Shown here: positions 50,449 to 59,287 of the stretch, in pieces
Layout of the letters: each line of letters begins with the position of its first letter
Position numbering within the stretch: the first letter of the stretch is position 1
From: a virus
Taxonomy: Duplodnaviria > Caudoviricetes
Direction: 5' to 3' (one strand)
Length of the DNA: 64,000 nt
IMG/VR virus record: IMGVR_UViG_3300031760_000028
Location: 18,871-82,870 of that record
Position numbers and translations under genes: made by a program
The notes under the pieces: generated by a model
What the model saw: the letters and a program-made list of their open reading frames with translations, nothing else
Databases searched by the model: none
Told to the model about the DNA's origin: nothing

Positions 50449-50489
50449 CTTTATAAAAATATATTATAACATCTTTATTAAAACTGTCC
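50449..50489 (-). promoter_or_regulatory. Putative phage-specific promoter of the head operon
   Basis: GGACA directly after the terL stop, N30 ending TTTTT, then ATAAAG. Confidence 0.5.
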
Positions 50490-51549
50490 TTAATTAAATA
50501 ACAAAAATTGAGACGCATCAAATTTTTTACCTCTTTTTCGTTCCTCTTGCTTTTTAATATAATATAACCCATATTCAAAAGCAGAAAACTTATCTTTCGG
50601 AGTCCCCCTTGAAGATTGTTTTAATATAATATTTATACCTTCATTATCTTCAATAAGATTTAAAAGTTGTTCTCTTAAACTTGTTGTTAGAGTAAAAGGC
50701 ATTAAATATTCCGCTCTCTTCTCAGGCGTCATTGATTGGCCCATCTTAGTTTCCATTAATTTCATTTTCGCAGTAGTTTCATCTATTAAGAATTTTATAC
50801 GACCACAAGACATCTGTGTTTGAACATATGTGTGCGCTTCAGTATTAATCGGCGCATTTGCTTTAATTATGAAAATCGCGTCTTGCACAGTATCGAAAGT
50901 TTTATACTTTTTATATTCAGGATACTCAGATAAATTATCAATACCAAAAGGAGGTAATGTCTCTCCTGTTTTTGGATCTACTTGTGATTTAACCATGTAG
51001 TCCATTAAACCTATACCTAACCCATTACCATCAATAGCACAAACTCGTGCTTTGTATTTAAAAAATAATTTTTTAATATTAATAGCTTGTTGTTCAAAAT
51101 GCTCTTCTTCCCAAGAATATAAATTTACAATAGACTTTAATGCTCGTCCTTGCGGCTGCGGCGTCACTTTTATAACAACACACTCTGTATTACAACCTTT
51201 TCTACCAACATCTATACCTAATACGTAATAAGCAGATTTACTACTTCTTCCGCTAAACTCATACTCAGGTTGATTAAGAATACGATATTTATCAAAGGTC
51301 TCCGCAGAAAAGAAAGCATTTTCCGCATCTCCACTCCATTCTGATTCATACTCTCGACCAAATGAACTATCATTATAAGTACCATCTAATTTAAGTTGTT
51401 GAACAAAGTTCTTAGCAAGTAGTCCTTCCGCCACTGGAACTCTCCACGTTCCGCCCATAATTACTGAACGGTCAGACTGAGTAACTTGTTCAAGCAAAAT
51501 CATCATAAGTTTTTCAAAAGCAAAACTGTTTTTCCATCCTGCTGTTGTT
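50490..51549 (-). CDS. terL: Terminase large subunit, exon 4 (nuclease domain)
   Basis: (V)TTAG coupling motif, GREYESEW, LGIDVGR, IDGNGLG and KDKFSAFEY. Spliced total 351+258+77+1060=1746 nt, 581 aa. Confidence 0.9.
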
Positions 51550-52645
51550 CCTTTATATTCCATACAGGTCGTTAAGCTGTATGCGTTCTCTAATGAACTG
51601 CTGTATATTTCTATACAGAGTAGACTATATCTTCACCCTCTCTTTCGAGTAGGGGGCCACCACTTCCACTCACTTGAGTGTACTCCCTCCCGGGATAGTC
51701 GTTGAACCTTCTCTTTCGAGCTTGGCTGCTGATTACCCTCGACTATACGCTAGGGCTTTCCAGCAATTCAATGGCTTACAACTATTAATTACTTAATAGC
51801 GATGCTAATTTATTTTTTTGTTCATTTGTTAAATTTTTATATTCAAGTGCATAATCTTGATAAGTTAAACCATTTTTAATACAATCCAAAGTATAAGTGC
51901 TTTTTACTCCAACTTTATCCGCCATTTGAGTATTCGTTAATATCCTATTTTCATAGTTATAAAGAATTAAAAATACTTGTTCTTTATTTAATTTCTTTTA
52001 GATTGTATAATTGTAGATTCTCTTTTCTTTGTAATAAAATCATAACTTTCACAAAAAACCTTGTATATTTTTTGCCTTTCTTCTAAAGGAAGACGTTCAT
52101 ACTCTTCTTTATATTGATTGTGATTAACACCTTTTTTAATTCTGCTGATTGTGGTTCTAGAGACATCATATATATCTGCCAAAACTTGACCAGGTCTAGA
52201 CATAAATTCTAAAACAGAGAGAATATTAAATATATCTGATTGAGTTAATTTTGAACCTCCATTACTTGCTCCAAAATTACCACCTTCATTTTGATTATAT
52301 CCATTTCTGTAACTATCATATTTTTTAATAAATTCTTTTTCTTTGTCTCCAATTTCTTTTTCTGTAACATCTCCTTCAAATTCAACACTAAAAGAGAAAT
52401 TATCTTCTCCATAAATATTAAATTCTTTTTGAAGGAAATGATTATCGTGATGATTATATCGTAAATCTGTAAAATGTCTAGTTCTTCTTCTTGGAATATT
52501 ATTAGTTAATCCAATATAAATTTTATGATTTATTAAATTTTCAATTTTATAAATATAATACATAGTAGAAAACCTCCATTTTTTATTTTCTACTATATAT
52601 AAAAATTATGCACATAACTTTGTAACGTTTTGACCAAAAAAGTTA
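51550..52645 (-). mobile_element. Group I intron terL-I3 (1096 nt, IA2-like core)
   Basis: Exon TATGT pairs with IGS GCATA; P4 TGCTG/CAGCA; TTCAACGACTA; P7.1/P7.2 hairpins; AAGATATAGTCT; ends in G. Restores QIY-V-TTAG. Confidence 0.9.
51785..52563 (-). pseudogene. Intron GIY-YIG homing endonuclease with a -1 frameshift near 51991
   Basis: YIYKIEN...YIGLT. After the TAA at 51988, the -1 frame encodes 68 aa (LNKEQVFLIL...) that repeat the HTH module LTQSDIFNIL... Confidence 0.75.
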
Positions 52646-52722
52646 ACATATATTTGTGATTTATTGATGATTTCAGATTCATGTCTACTACCATCTGGTA
52701 GAAGTCGGTCTACATTCATTGT
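52646..52722 (-). CDS. terL: terL exon 3 (77 nt mini-exon, absent from the ORF track)
   Basis: TMNVDRLLPDGSRHESEIINKSQIY+GT; in frame with both flanking exons. Confidence 0.85.
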
Positions 52723-53749
52723 CAAGAAGATATTTTAAATATCTTCTTGGACTATCTCTTCAACTATTTTCCATTTATAACCTTTATGTCTTATATTGGC
52801 TCCACTACATACTCGACTAATTGCGGAAGAAGTACCGTCAACCGCCCTCGCGGCTTCTTTAAAACTATTATATATATTAAGTATATTACCTTCTTCGTCG
52901 CATTGAGCAACTTTTTTCCCAGTATAAGTCTGCTTTGGCACAACTTTAACATCCTTATTAGGGTCATCAGTATATCTCCATTGATAATCATTATGAGTAT
53001 CACGTTTTCTTTGACAACATAAAGTTATTTTCGCTTGATTACTATTAGTTTCTCTTGCTGCTTCTGTTAAGCTTGAGAAAGTCATCATTTCATTACCTTG
53101 TAAATCATACTGAGTAACTTGTCTGCCTCTTCCAGGTTTGATTAAACCTGTTTCAACTGCATGTTGAGTATTTTCAGAAGGAGTAACCCATTCTAAATTT
53201 TCAACATTATTGTTACCTCTATTACCATCTTTATGATTTACATAAGGTTTATTTTCAGGATTAGGAATAAAAGTTTCAGCAACTAATCTATGCACTCTCA
53301 TTCTTTTTTGTTTCTTATCTTTTAATGATAAAGTAACAAATTTGTATTGCTGTTGAGTAGATTGAGATAATATATAATTAGTACTGTCTTTTCTTACTTC
53401 TCCTTCTGTTGAAACACTGTAATCAGTTTCTTTTTCGTTATAAATGTATTTTTTCCACATTTTTAATACCTCCATTATTACCAAATTATTCCTTCTATTA
53501 ATATTGAAAAATTTAGTAATAAATTTTATTAAAAATGTCCAAAAAATTATAGTTGCGGCGCACTTGGGATGGTGATAAAATCCATCCTACTGGGCTACAC
53601 TCATCACCCATAGTCTCTACACTTTCTCTATTGCTAGAGCTTAGCACGGTGTTCTTGACTCTTCACCGTTAGCACCTTTTAGGTACACCCTTTTTTCTTA
53701 GGTTCACGCCGTTTTCATCAGCAACTCACGCTGCTGCGCCCCAAAATCT
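52723..53749 (-). mobile_element. Group I intron terL-I2 (1027 nt), endonuclease ORF in the P8 loop
   Basis: Exon CCCT pairs with IGS GGGG; P3 CGGCGT/GCGCCG; P4 ACGGTG/CACCGT; GTAGAGACTA; P8 CAACTAT/ATAGTTG; P7' TAGTC; P9 AAGAAGATATT hairpin, then terminal G. Confidence 0.9.
52735..53460 (-). CDS. Intron HNH homing endonuclease (NUMOD4-HNH-NUMOD1 type)
   Basis: YSVSTEGEV, VHRLVAETFI, VNHKDGNRGNNNVENLEW and two NUMOD1-like repeats; GGAGG RBS before ATG 53460. Confidence 0.9.
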   Translation of the reverse strand: MWKKYIYNEKETDYSVSTEGEVRKDSTNYILSQSTQQQYKFVTLSLKDKKQKRMRVHRLVAETFIPNPENKPYVNHKDGNRGNNNVENLEWVTPSENTQHAVETGLIKPGRGRQVTQYDLQGNEMMTFSSLTEAARETNSNQAKITLCCQRKRDTHNDYQWRYTDDPNKDVKVVPKQTYTGKKVAQCDEEGNILNIYNSFKEAARAVDGTSSAISRVCSGANIRHKGYKWKIVEEIVQEDI

Positions 53750-54007
53750 AGGGATTATTACTTCGTTAAGTAACGTTCCGTCTACTAATATTACCTCTTC
53801 TATCAGGCCTCCTGTCGCACGTTTACCTCTTGAACTTTGTTTCGCAGCCATAACATCAAGTAAGCTACCATTTTTAAATACAAAAGTAAACTCCTCTTTG
53901 CTGTTTTTAGATGCTCCTCTATCAAGATTTACTTCATTTGCTAACCCTGGAACCAGCTTCATGAGTTCATTAGCCTTCTCTCGTACAATACCTGTAGCCT
54001 GCTCCTT
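53750..54007 (-). CDS. terL: terL exon 2
   Basis: KEQATGIVREKANELMK...SRGKRATGGLIEE (Walker B region)...NEVIIP; 258 nt. Confidence 0.85.
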
Positions 54008-54993
54008 CGATTTGTTATCGTTAAGTTTTTTATCTTAACTTCTAAGGACTCTTTCTCCTTAGTCCAGCGTAACTTTTCACCCTCGTTTAACGTTAGGTTT
54101 GCAAAGTGTCGTCTTTGCTCATATTAGACTCTATCTAATAGTGGTGCGGCCTCTTGGAGAGATTATATCTTTTCACCCTCTACGCGTTGCCCCTGACTAT
54201 AGTTCCTATAGCCTTCGGTTCGGGTAGCATCTCAGCATTCCCGCTTAATTCCGCACTCATAATCTTTAAATTTCTTTAAAGAATCGGCATTATTTTGTTT
54301 TATGATATTTACTACCATTATTTAAAAAATCTAAATATAACTCATATTTTCTATCTAAATAAATATTCGCATCTTTATAAATCCAATTTAAAAAATTAGT
54401 TACGTCATTTATAGCTCCAAAAACATATCTTTTAGCACCGTCTTCTCTATGAACTGTAAAAATTTTATTTTGAGTATTTATATTAATATTATCAACAGTA
54501 TCTAAAAAACCTTTAATAAAATCAACAGTTCCTATTAAGCCAATTTGAAAACAAGAGTCTGTATTAGTAAACCAACCATCACCATCAAAATAGCCTCTTA
54601 TAAAATGTCTTATTAAGTAAAAAGGTACTTGTTGTTTAGTTGGAAATTTTAATATTAATGATTTTTTAGGAATACATCCTTGTTTTATTAAGTCTTGTTT
54701 ACAACTATCGCTACGAAAACTAATACGATATGCTTTTGCTTTATCTCTATAAGCAATTTTATTATTAATACCCATAAATTCTTTAAATTTTTCAATATGA
54801 TGAAAGTCTTTTTCTGCTAGGCTTAATTCTACTTTTGATTCAGTAGAACCAACACTTCCATCTGCATAAAGAAAACCTAACCAATAAGCTTTTTCTTCTG
54901 TATCTATTTTTTCAAATTGTTTAAGGACGTTTTTAGCACTCATTGAGTTCCTCCTTTATAAAAATTTTAATAACTAAAACAAAATTTTTGTTT
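54008..54993 (-). mobile_element. Group I intron terL-I1 (986 nt), endonuclease ORF in the P1 loop
   Basis: Exon CGGT pairs with IGS GCCG located just after the endonuclease stop; variant P7 GCGTA/TACGC; ends ...AAATCG. Restores TTGG-KEQA. Confidence 0.85.
54290..54943 (-). CDS. Intron LAGLIDADG homing endonuclease (two motifs)
   Basis: AYWLGFLYADGSV and FIRGYFDGDG motifs; AAGGAGG RBS. Confidence 0.85.
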   Translation of the reverse strand: MSAKNVLKQFEKIDTEEKAYWLGFLYADGSVGSTESKVELSLAEKDFHHIEKFKEFMGINNKIAYRDKAKAYRISFRSDSCKQDLIKQGCIPKKSLILKFPTKQQVPFYLIRHFIRGYFDGDGWFTNTDSCFQIGLIGTVDFIKGFLDTVDNININTQNKIFTVHREDGAKRYVFGAINDVTNFLNWIYKDANIYLDRKYELYLDFLNNGSKYHKTK

Positions 54994-55344
54994 ACCGCCT
55001 GTTGTGACGAACAAATGACAGCCCGGATAAAATACACATCTTAACATGAGAACTAATACAGATAAAAATGACTTTGAATACGCACGTGGATAAACTGCAT
55101 AAACGTGTCTATGTCTCATAGCTTGTCGTAAAAATACTCTTTGATAAGTGTATAAACGTAATACCTTTTTCTCATTACTTGACGCACAAGAGTTACAGAA
55201 ATCAATATATAAATCTGGATAGACTCGGTAAAAGGCAATAGCCTTCCTTAATTCAGACAAACAAGCTTTGATTCTCTCTTCTGATATACCAATTTTCTGA
55301 TTGGCTTTATTTGCGGAAAGCGCCATTAAATCAGCTAATGCCAT
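54994..55344 (-). CDS. terL: terL exon 1
   Basis: LYTYQRVFL Q-motif, Walker A variant YPRAYSKS; ends FVTTGG. Confidence 0.9.
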
Positions 55345-56626
55345 CTATATTGCCCTCCAATCTTTGAATACGCGCTTGCATTTCTGTATACGCGTTAGAA
55401 TTTTCGTCTACAATAGTATCATTATCTTTTTCTTCTGTTATTCTTTCGTAATACTCTGCTATATCTTCATCTTCTACTTCATCTACTTCATCAATTTCTT
55501 TTTCTTGAGCTTCGTGTTCAAGCTGAATTTTCTTAAGATAATTTTCAATTTGCTGTCCAAAACCTAACTCTTTTGTTACTAAATTATAGACATATTGATT
55601 CTGGTCTTGAATAATCTTATCTATAATATCTAATGGAGCATCAATTTCATGTTCGTCTATAAAACCGCCTTCGCGCTCGCACACCGCAATTAAACGACCC
55701 GTACAATCAATTTGATCATTATCCTTGTCTTTATTCTGCGCCGCAGTAAACTTACCTGACTTTCGTAAACTATCACTTACTCTTGCTAGTTTTTGGTAGC
55801 CATCAACGTCCCCGCAATCAAGAGCTTGATTCATCTTTAAATCAGTTTTACACATAAGTATTAATGTATTTCGAGTATCCGCATCTTGAATATCAAAAGA
55901 ATCCATCATCTCTGTATATTTTTTTTCAAGCTCTACCCATTCATTTGGTTTATATAATCTCCCCCACTTCATCGCAAGATATATTTTGTCTTCCGCAGTT
56001 AATTCTAATGAAGGATCTGGTAAATCGTCTTCTGATATATATAAGTTATTATCTACACCAAAATTAGCGCCTGGGAAAATTGGGGGCGGCGCTAATGAAG
56101 GCTCTGGTTCTCTAGCAATAGGCTCAACTAAGGTTTTATATTCTGCATCAGAAATTTCACCATTCTCATGCTTTTGTTTTAACTCCTCTATTCGTTGAGC
56201 TTCCGCCTCTTTCTGTTCTTCAGTTAACTCCTCACAAGTACTGAATTTTTTAATCAAATACTCAGAATCTGCCCATCCCAATAACTCTTTTGTTTCAGGA
56301 TCTCTGTATTGCGTTAACTTCATTTTTGATAAATACCTTCCTAAAACAGAGGGGCCTCCCTTTCCTTTTACAGGGTCTTCTTGATATTTTTTATCTCTTA
56401 TTACATCCCACTCCGCAGGAATATAAGGTACATCCAAACGTTCAAGTATCCAAGTAAAAGTATCAGGATTAAAATTATCAATATGGGCACACAGACACTC
56501 TTTACACATCTCGTCTCTTGAGCCATCTTTATGTGTATAAAATTTTATTTCTGATAAAGTTTTTCTACATCTTGAACACGTGTATTTCTTTTTTGGAGCC
56601 GCCGCCCCACTTTTCACTGTTGCCAC
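55331..56626 (-). CDS. Zn-ribbon protein, candidate terminase small subunit
   Basis: Directly upstream of and overlapping terL; N-terminal CSRC...CKEC; helical acidic C-terminus. Assignment is positional. Confidence 0.5.
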   Translation of the reverse strand: MATVKSGAAAPKKKYTCSRCRKTLSEIKFYTHKDGSRDEMCKECLCAHIDNFNPDTFTWILERLDVPYIPAEWDVIRDKKYQEDPVKGKGGPSVLGRYLSKMKLTQYRDPETKELLGWADSEYLIKKFSTCEELTEEQKEAEAQRIEELKQKHENGEISDAEYKTLVEPIAREPEPSLAPPPIFPGANFGVDNNLYISEDDLPDPSLELTAEDKIYLAMKWGRLYKPNEWVELEKKYTEMMDSFDIQDADTRNTLILMCKTDLKMNQALDCGDVDGYQKLARVSDSLRKSGKFTAAQNKDKDNDQIDCTGRLIAVCEREGGFIDEHEIDAPLDIIDKIIQDQNQYVYNLVTKELGFGQQIENYLKKIQLEHEAQEKEIDEVDEVEDEDIAEYYERITEEKDNDTIVDENSNAYTEMQARIQRLEGNIDGIS

Positions 56627-57777
56627 TAATCTTTCACGCTCCCTACTTTTTTATTTCGACAACATTTACAGATAGAATACCATCCATCTTTACTTGTCTT
56701 ATTTTTTGAAAAAAATTTGTTATGACCTAATTTAATTTGTCCGCATCTGCTACATCTCTTCCAATACCCTTTTTTGGTGTTCGTATAATAATCTTCCAAC
56801 CAATTTTTTTGTGCCTGCTCCGCAATTAATTTAGGTATTTTATTACGCCATAAAGAAGAAATATATTCAACTGAATATTTTACTCCAAAAGTATTCTCTA
56901 ATTCTTGTTGAATTTCTACATTAGAGCGCCCATCAATTTTGTACACTATAATGTCATAATATAGAGGATAGTCAAGGGCAAGCGCTTGATCAACAACCGC
57001 CTCTAAAGCGCACAATAGATAATACATATCAGATTCAAATTTCCCATAACATTCTTCTTTTAATTTGGAGTAATTACAAAGTAATGCGGAGACGTGTTGA
57101 GGAACCATTAAAGATAAATTTGTTTCTATTTCTAGCTCCCCATCCGGTTTAATAGTTACATCTTCATAAGTGCTTAAAGTTGCTGCATTTTTCATAACAT
57201 TCATACAATTAATCCCGCCGCGGTAAGAAGCTCTTAATACATACTGATCTTTTCTTAAGGCAATGATATTTTGTTTGATTGAATATTTAGCCTTCCCTTT
57301 TGCTGTTTTAAGAGCTTGTTCCAAGCGTTCAATTTCCTGTACTAAAGATGCTAATCCAGGTACTTCCGCAATATCTTTTTCAGTAATAGTATCAAATTTA
57401 GGGGTTAAAAAAATATTTTTATCATTAATAATAAGATTATAAATTGCATCTTCGCCAGTTGCGCCGCCGTCTTCGCTATATTTACTTTCAAACGATGCCG
57501 CCAACCCTTCAAAACTTGTTTCACGTTTATTTATAGTGTACTTTCTATTGTTTGTTAAGATTGTACCTTTTTTAGCTTCATCTTTATATTCTGTGAAAAT
57601 AAGATAGTCTGCTAAAATTTCTAAATATTTATTAGTAAGTTTTTCAGAAGGAGTTGACTCAATAATTTTATTTACTAAATCAATACGCTCTTCATATGTT
57701 TGTAAAGAAGGATCTAATTTAAAAGACTGAGTTTCTTTACTAGGTATATTTAAAGAGCAATTTTGTTCTTTTTCCAT
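56626..57777 (-). CDS. HTH plus Zn-ribbon protein, candidate transcription regulator
   Basis: KIDGRSNVEIQQEL...YISSLWR resembles a sigma region 4 HTH; C-terminal CSRC...CKCC; has its own sigmaA promoter. Confidence 0.5.
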   Translation of the reverse strand: MEKEQNCSLNIPSKETQSFKLDPSLQTYEERIDLVNKIIESTPSEKLTNKYLEILADYLIFTEYKDEAKKGTILTNNRKYTINKRETSFEGLAASFESKYSEDGGATGEDAIYNLIINDKNIFLTPKFDTITEKDIAEVPGLASLVQEIERLEQALKTAKGKAKYSIKQNIIALRKDQYVLRASYRGGINCMNVMKNAATLSTYEDVTIKPDGELEIETNLSLMVPQHVSALLCNYSKLKEECYGKFESDMYYLLCALEAVVDQALALDYPLYYDIIVYKIDGRSNVEIQQELENTFGVKYSVEYISSLWRNKIPKLIAEQAQKNWLEDYYTNTKKGYWKRCSRCGQIKLGHNKFFSKNKTSKDGWYSICKCCRNKKVGSVKD

Positions 57778-57815
57778 GTTTTATGTGTAGAACTCCTTTC
57801 TTAATCTCTATATTT

Positions 57816-57890
57816 ATTATACGAAAATTTTTCTTTTTTGTCAACGGTCATTTAAGCAAAATTGACAAAACTTAAAAAATATTTTATAAT
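57816..57890. promoter_or_regulatory. Back-to-back sigmaA promoters
   Basis: Minus strand TTGACA (57844-57839)-17-TATAAT; plus strand TTGACA (57862-57867)-17-TATAAT; a GGTCA box lies between them. Confidence 0.8.
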
Positions 57891-57927
57891 AATTTTGGAT
57901 GAAAAAGAAAGGAGATATAAAATATAA

Positions 57928-58416
57928 ATGTTTAAATATAATGAAGTAGTAGGAAATATTTTTGACTATGAAGATGATTATGCTCTTGCGCATTGCATTA
58001 GCGCAGATTTAGGACTTAGCACAGGTCTCGCAAAAAAGATGCAAGTCCGCTATAATATTCGTGATTGGGTTCAAAAGGTGTATGGAGATTTAAATTTTTG
58101 CGGGCAGGGGTATTGTATTTTAAGTAATAATGGACATATTTTTAATTTAATTGTGCAACAGCAAGAATATGGGCCATTTACATACGAAGCGGCGGCCAGT
58201 GCTTTGCGCGAAATGTTAAGCATTATGCAACGCGCCAATATTAAAAAAATTGCTATGCCTAAAATTGGTACGGGGTTAGCTGGATTAGACTGGGACATTA
58301 TGCACAAAATTATTTTTGATATATTTGGAGAAGCAGAGGTAGAAATAAAAGTTATATATCCTATAGAAACACGGGTGCTGAAGATAGAAGAAACCGATAT
58401 AGGTTGCGTATTTTAA
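57928..58416 (+). CDS. Macrodomain protein (TARG1/DarG/Poa1p-like)
   Basis: GNIFD, AHCISAD...GLAK and KIAMPKIGTGLAGLDW motifs. Confidence 0.8.
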   Translation: MFKYNEVVGNIFDYEDDYALAHCISADLGLSTGLAKKMQVRYNIRDWVQKVYGDLNFCGQGYCILSNNGHIFNLIVQQQEYGPFTYEAAASALREMLSIMQRANIKKIAMPKIGTGLAGLDWDIMHKIIFDIFGEAEVEIKVIYPIETRVLKIEETDIGCVF

Positions 58417-58452
58417 TATAATTAAACTCATTTACTTGTAAATAAGGGGGCT

Positions 58453-58540
58453 GTTATTTGAAATTTGGGATCGTTTTCTCTCTGAGTAGGGGTAACTTCG
58501 TTATTTGAAATTTGGGATCACTTTCTCTCTGAGTGGGGGT
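58453..58540. repeat. Two 41-nt direct repeats, 47-nt period
   Basis: GTTATTTGAAATTTGGGATCnnTTTCTCTCTGAGTnGGGGT at 58453 and 58500, with 3 mismatches. Confidence 0.9.
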
Positions 58541-58868
58541 GGCGAAACCTTTTTTACCTATTTAAAAAAATTTTTTCCCAAAATGCCACCCCCCGGTTGC
58601 TATAAATCAAGAAAAATATTAGGTACATTCGGGATTTTGCCATATTTTAAACGAAATATTCAGCTAAATAAGCCGCTCCATAATTGAATCTAGTAAATTT
58701 TTAGTATTTTAGAATAATATTAAATAAAAAGGTGTAAAGCATGATTAAAATATCATAGTTACTTATTTATTTTTTATTTAAGAGTAATAGAAACAGAACG
58801 TTAATTGCTCGGACTGCGCACAGGCGTTGCAGTCCGAGATTTAAAACTCTTAAGGTTTGCTATTTTTT

Positions 58869-59004
58869 GTTAGAGGTCTCTAACTGTAGTTAGACGTATC
58901 TAACTCCTGTTAACCGTCTCTAACTAGAGTTAGATGTCTCTAACTCTAGTTAAAGGTCTTTAACTCTAGGTAGAGATCTTTAACTCTAGTTAAAGGTCTC
59001 TAAC
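58869..59004. repeat. Seven-copy 20-bp tandem array of palindromic units
   Basis: Consensus GTTAGAGGTCTCTAACTCTA at 58869, 58889, 58909, 58929, 58949, 58969 and 58989. Confidence 0.9.
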
Positions 59005-59093
59005 TTTTTTGGGTAATCCTTAGGAAACTTAAATTAGTATTTTAGTTTTTGTTAGTTGCGCAAGCCGCTCCACAAACGGAAACTGCACAAGAG

Positions 59094-59149
59094 AAAATAG
59101 TTTCCTTGCGCGCATTGACTAGGTGGGGTAGCGCGAAGGAAACTATTTT
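59094..59149. repeat. Inverted repeat with 14-bp perfect arms and a GCGCG inner stem
   Basis: AAAATAGTTTCCTT (59094-59107) and AAGGAAACTATTTT (59136-59149). Confidence 0.85.
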
Positions 59150-59230
59150 ATTTCAGTTTCTTTAAACATCAATAAAATTAAGGGTTTTAAGGAAACTATT
59201 TTAAATCATTTAGTTTCTTCTTTTGAAAAG

Positions 59231-59287
59231 ATTGAATACAATTTAATTGAATACAATTTAATTGAATACAATTTAATTGAATACAAT
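59231..59287. repeat. AT-rich 15-bp tandem repeat (3.8 copies)
   Basis: ATTGAATACAATTTA x3 plus ATTGAATACAAT. Confidence 0.95.

Noticed and set aside
8776-55344. Inteins in DnaE or TerL
   Set aside because: The interruptions contain stop codons, group I core elements, and U/G splice boundaries. No C/S...HN intein ends were seen, and NrdD and DnaB look uninterrupted.
58869-59004. CRISPR array
   Set aside because: The units are contiguous 20-mers with only about 4 variable nt. There are no unique 25-45 nt spacers, no leader and no cas genes.
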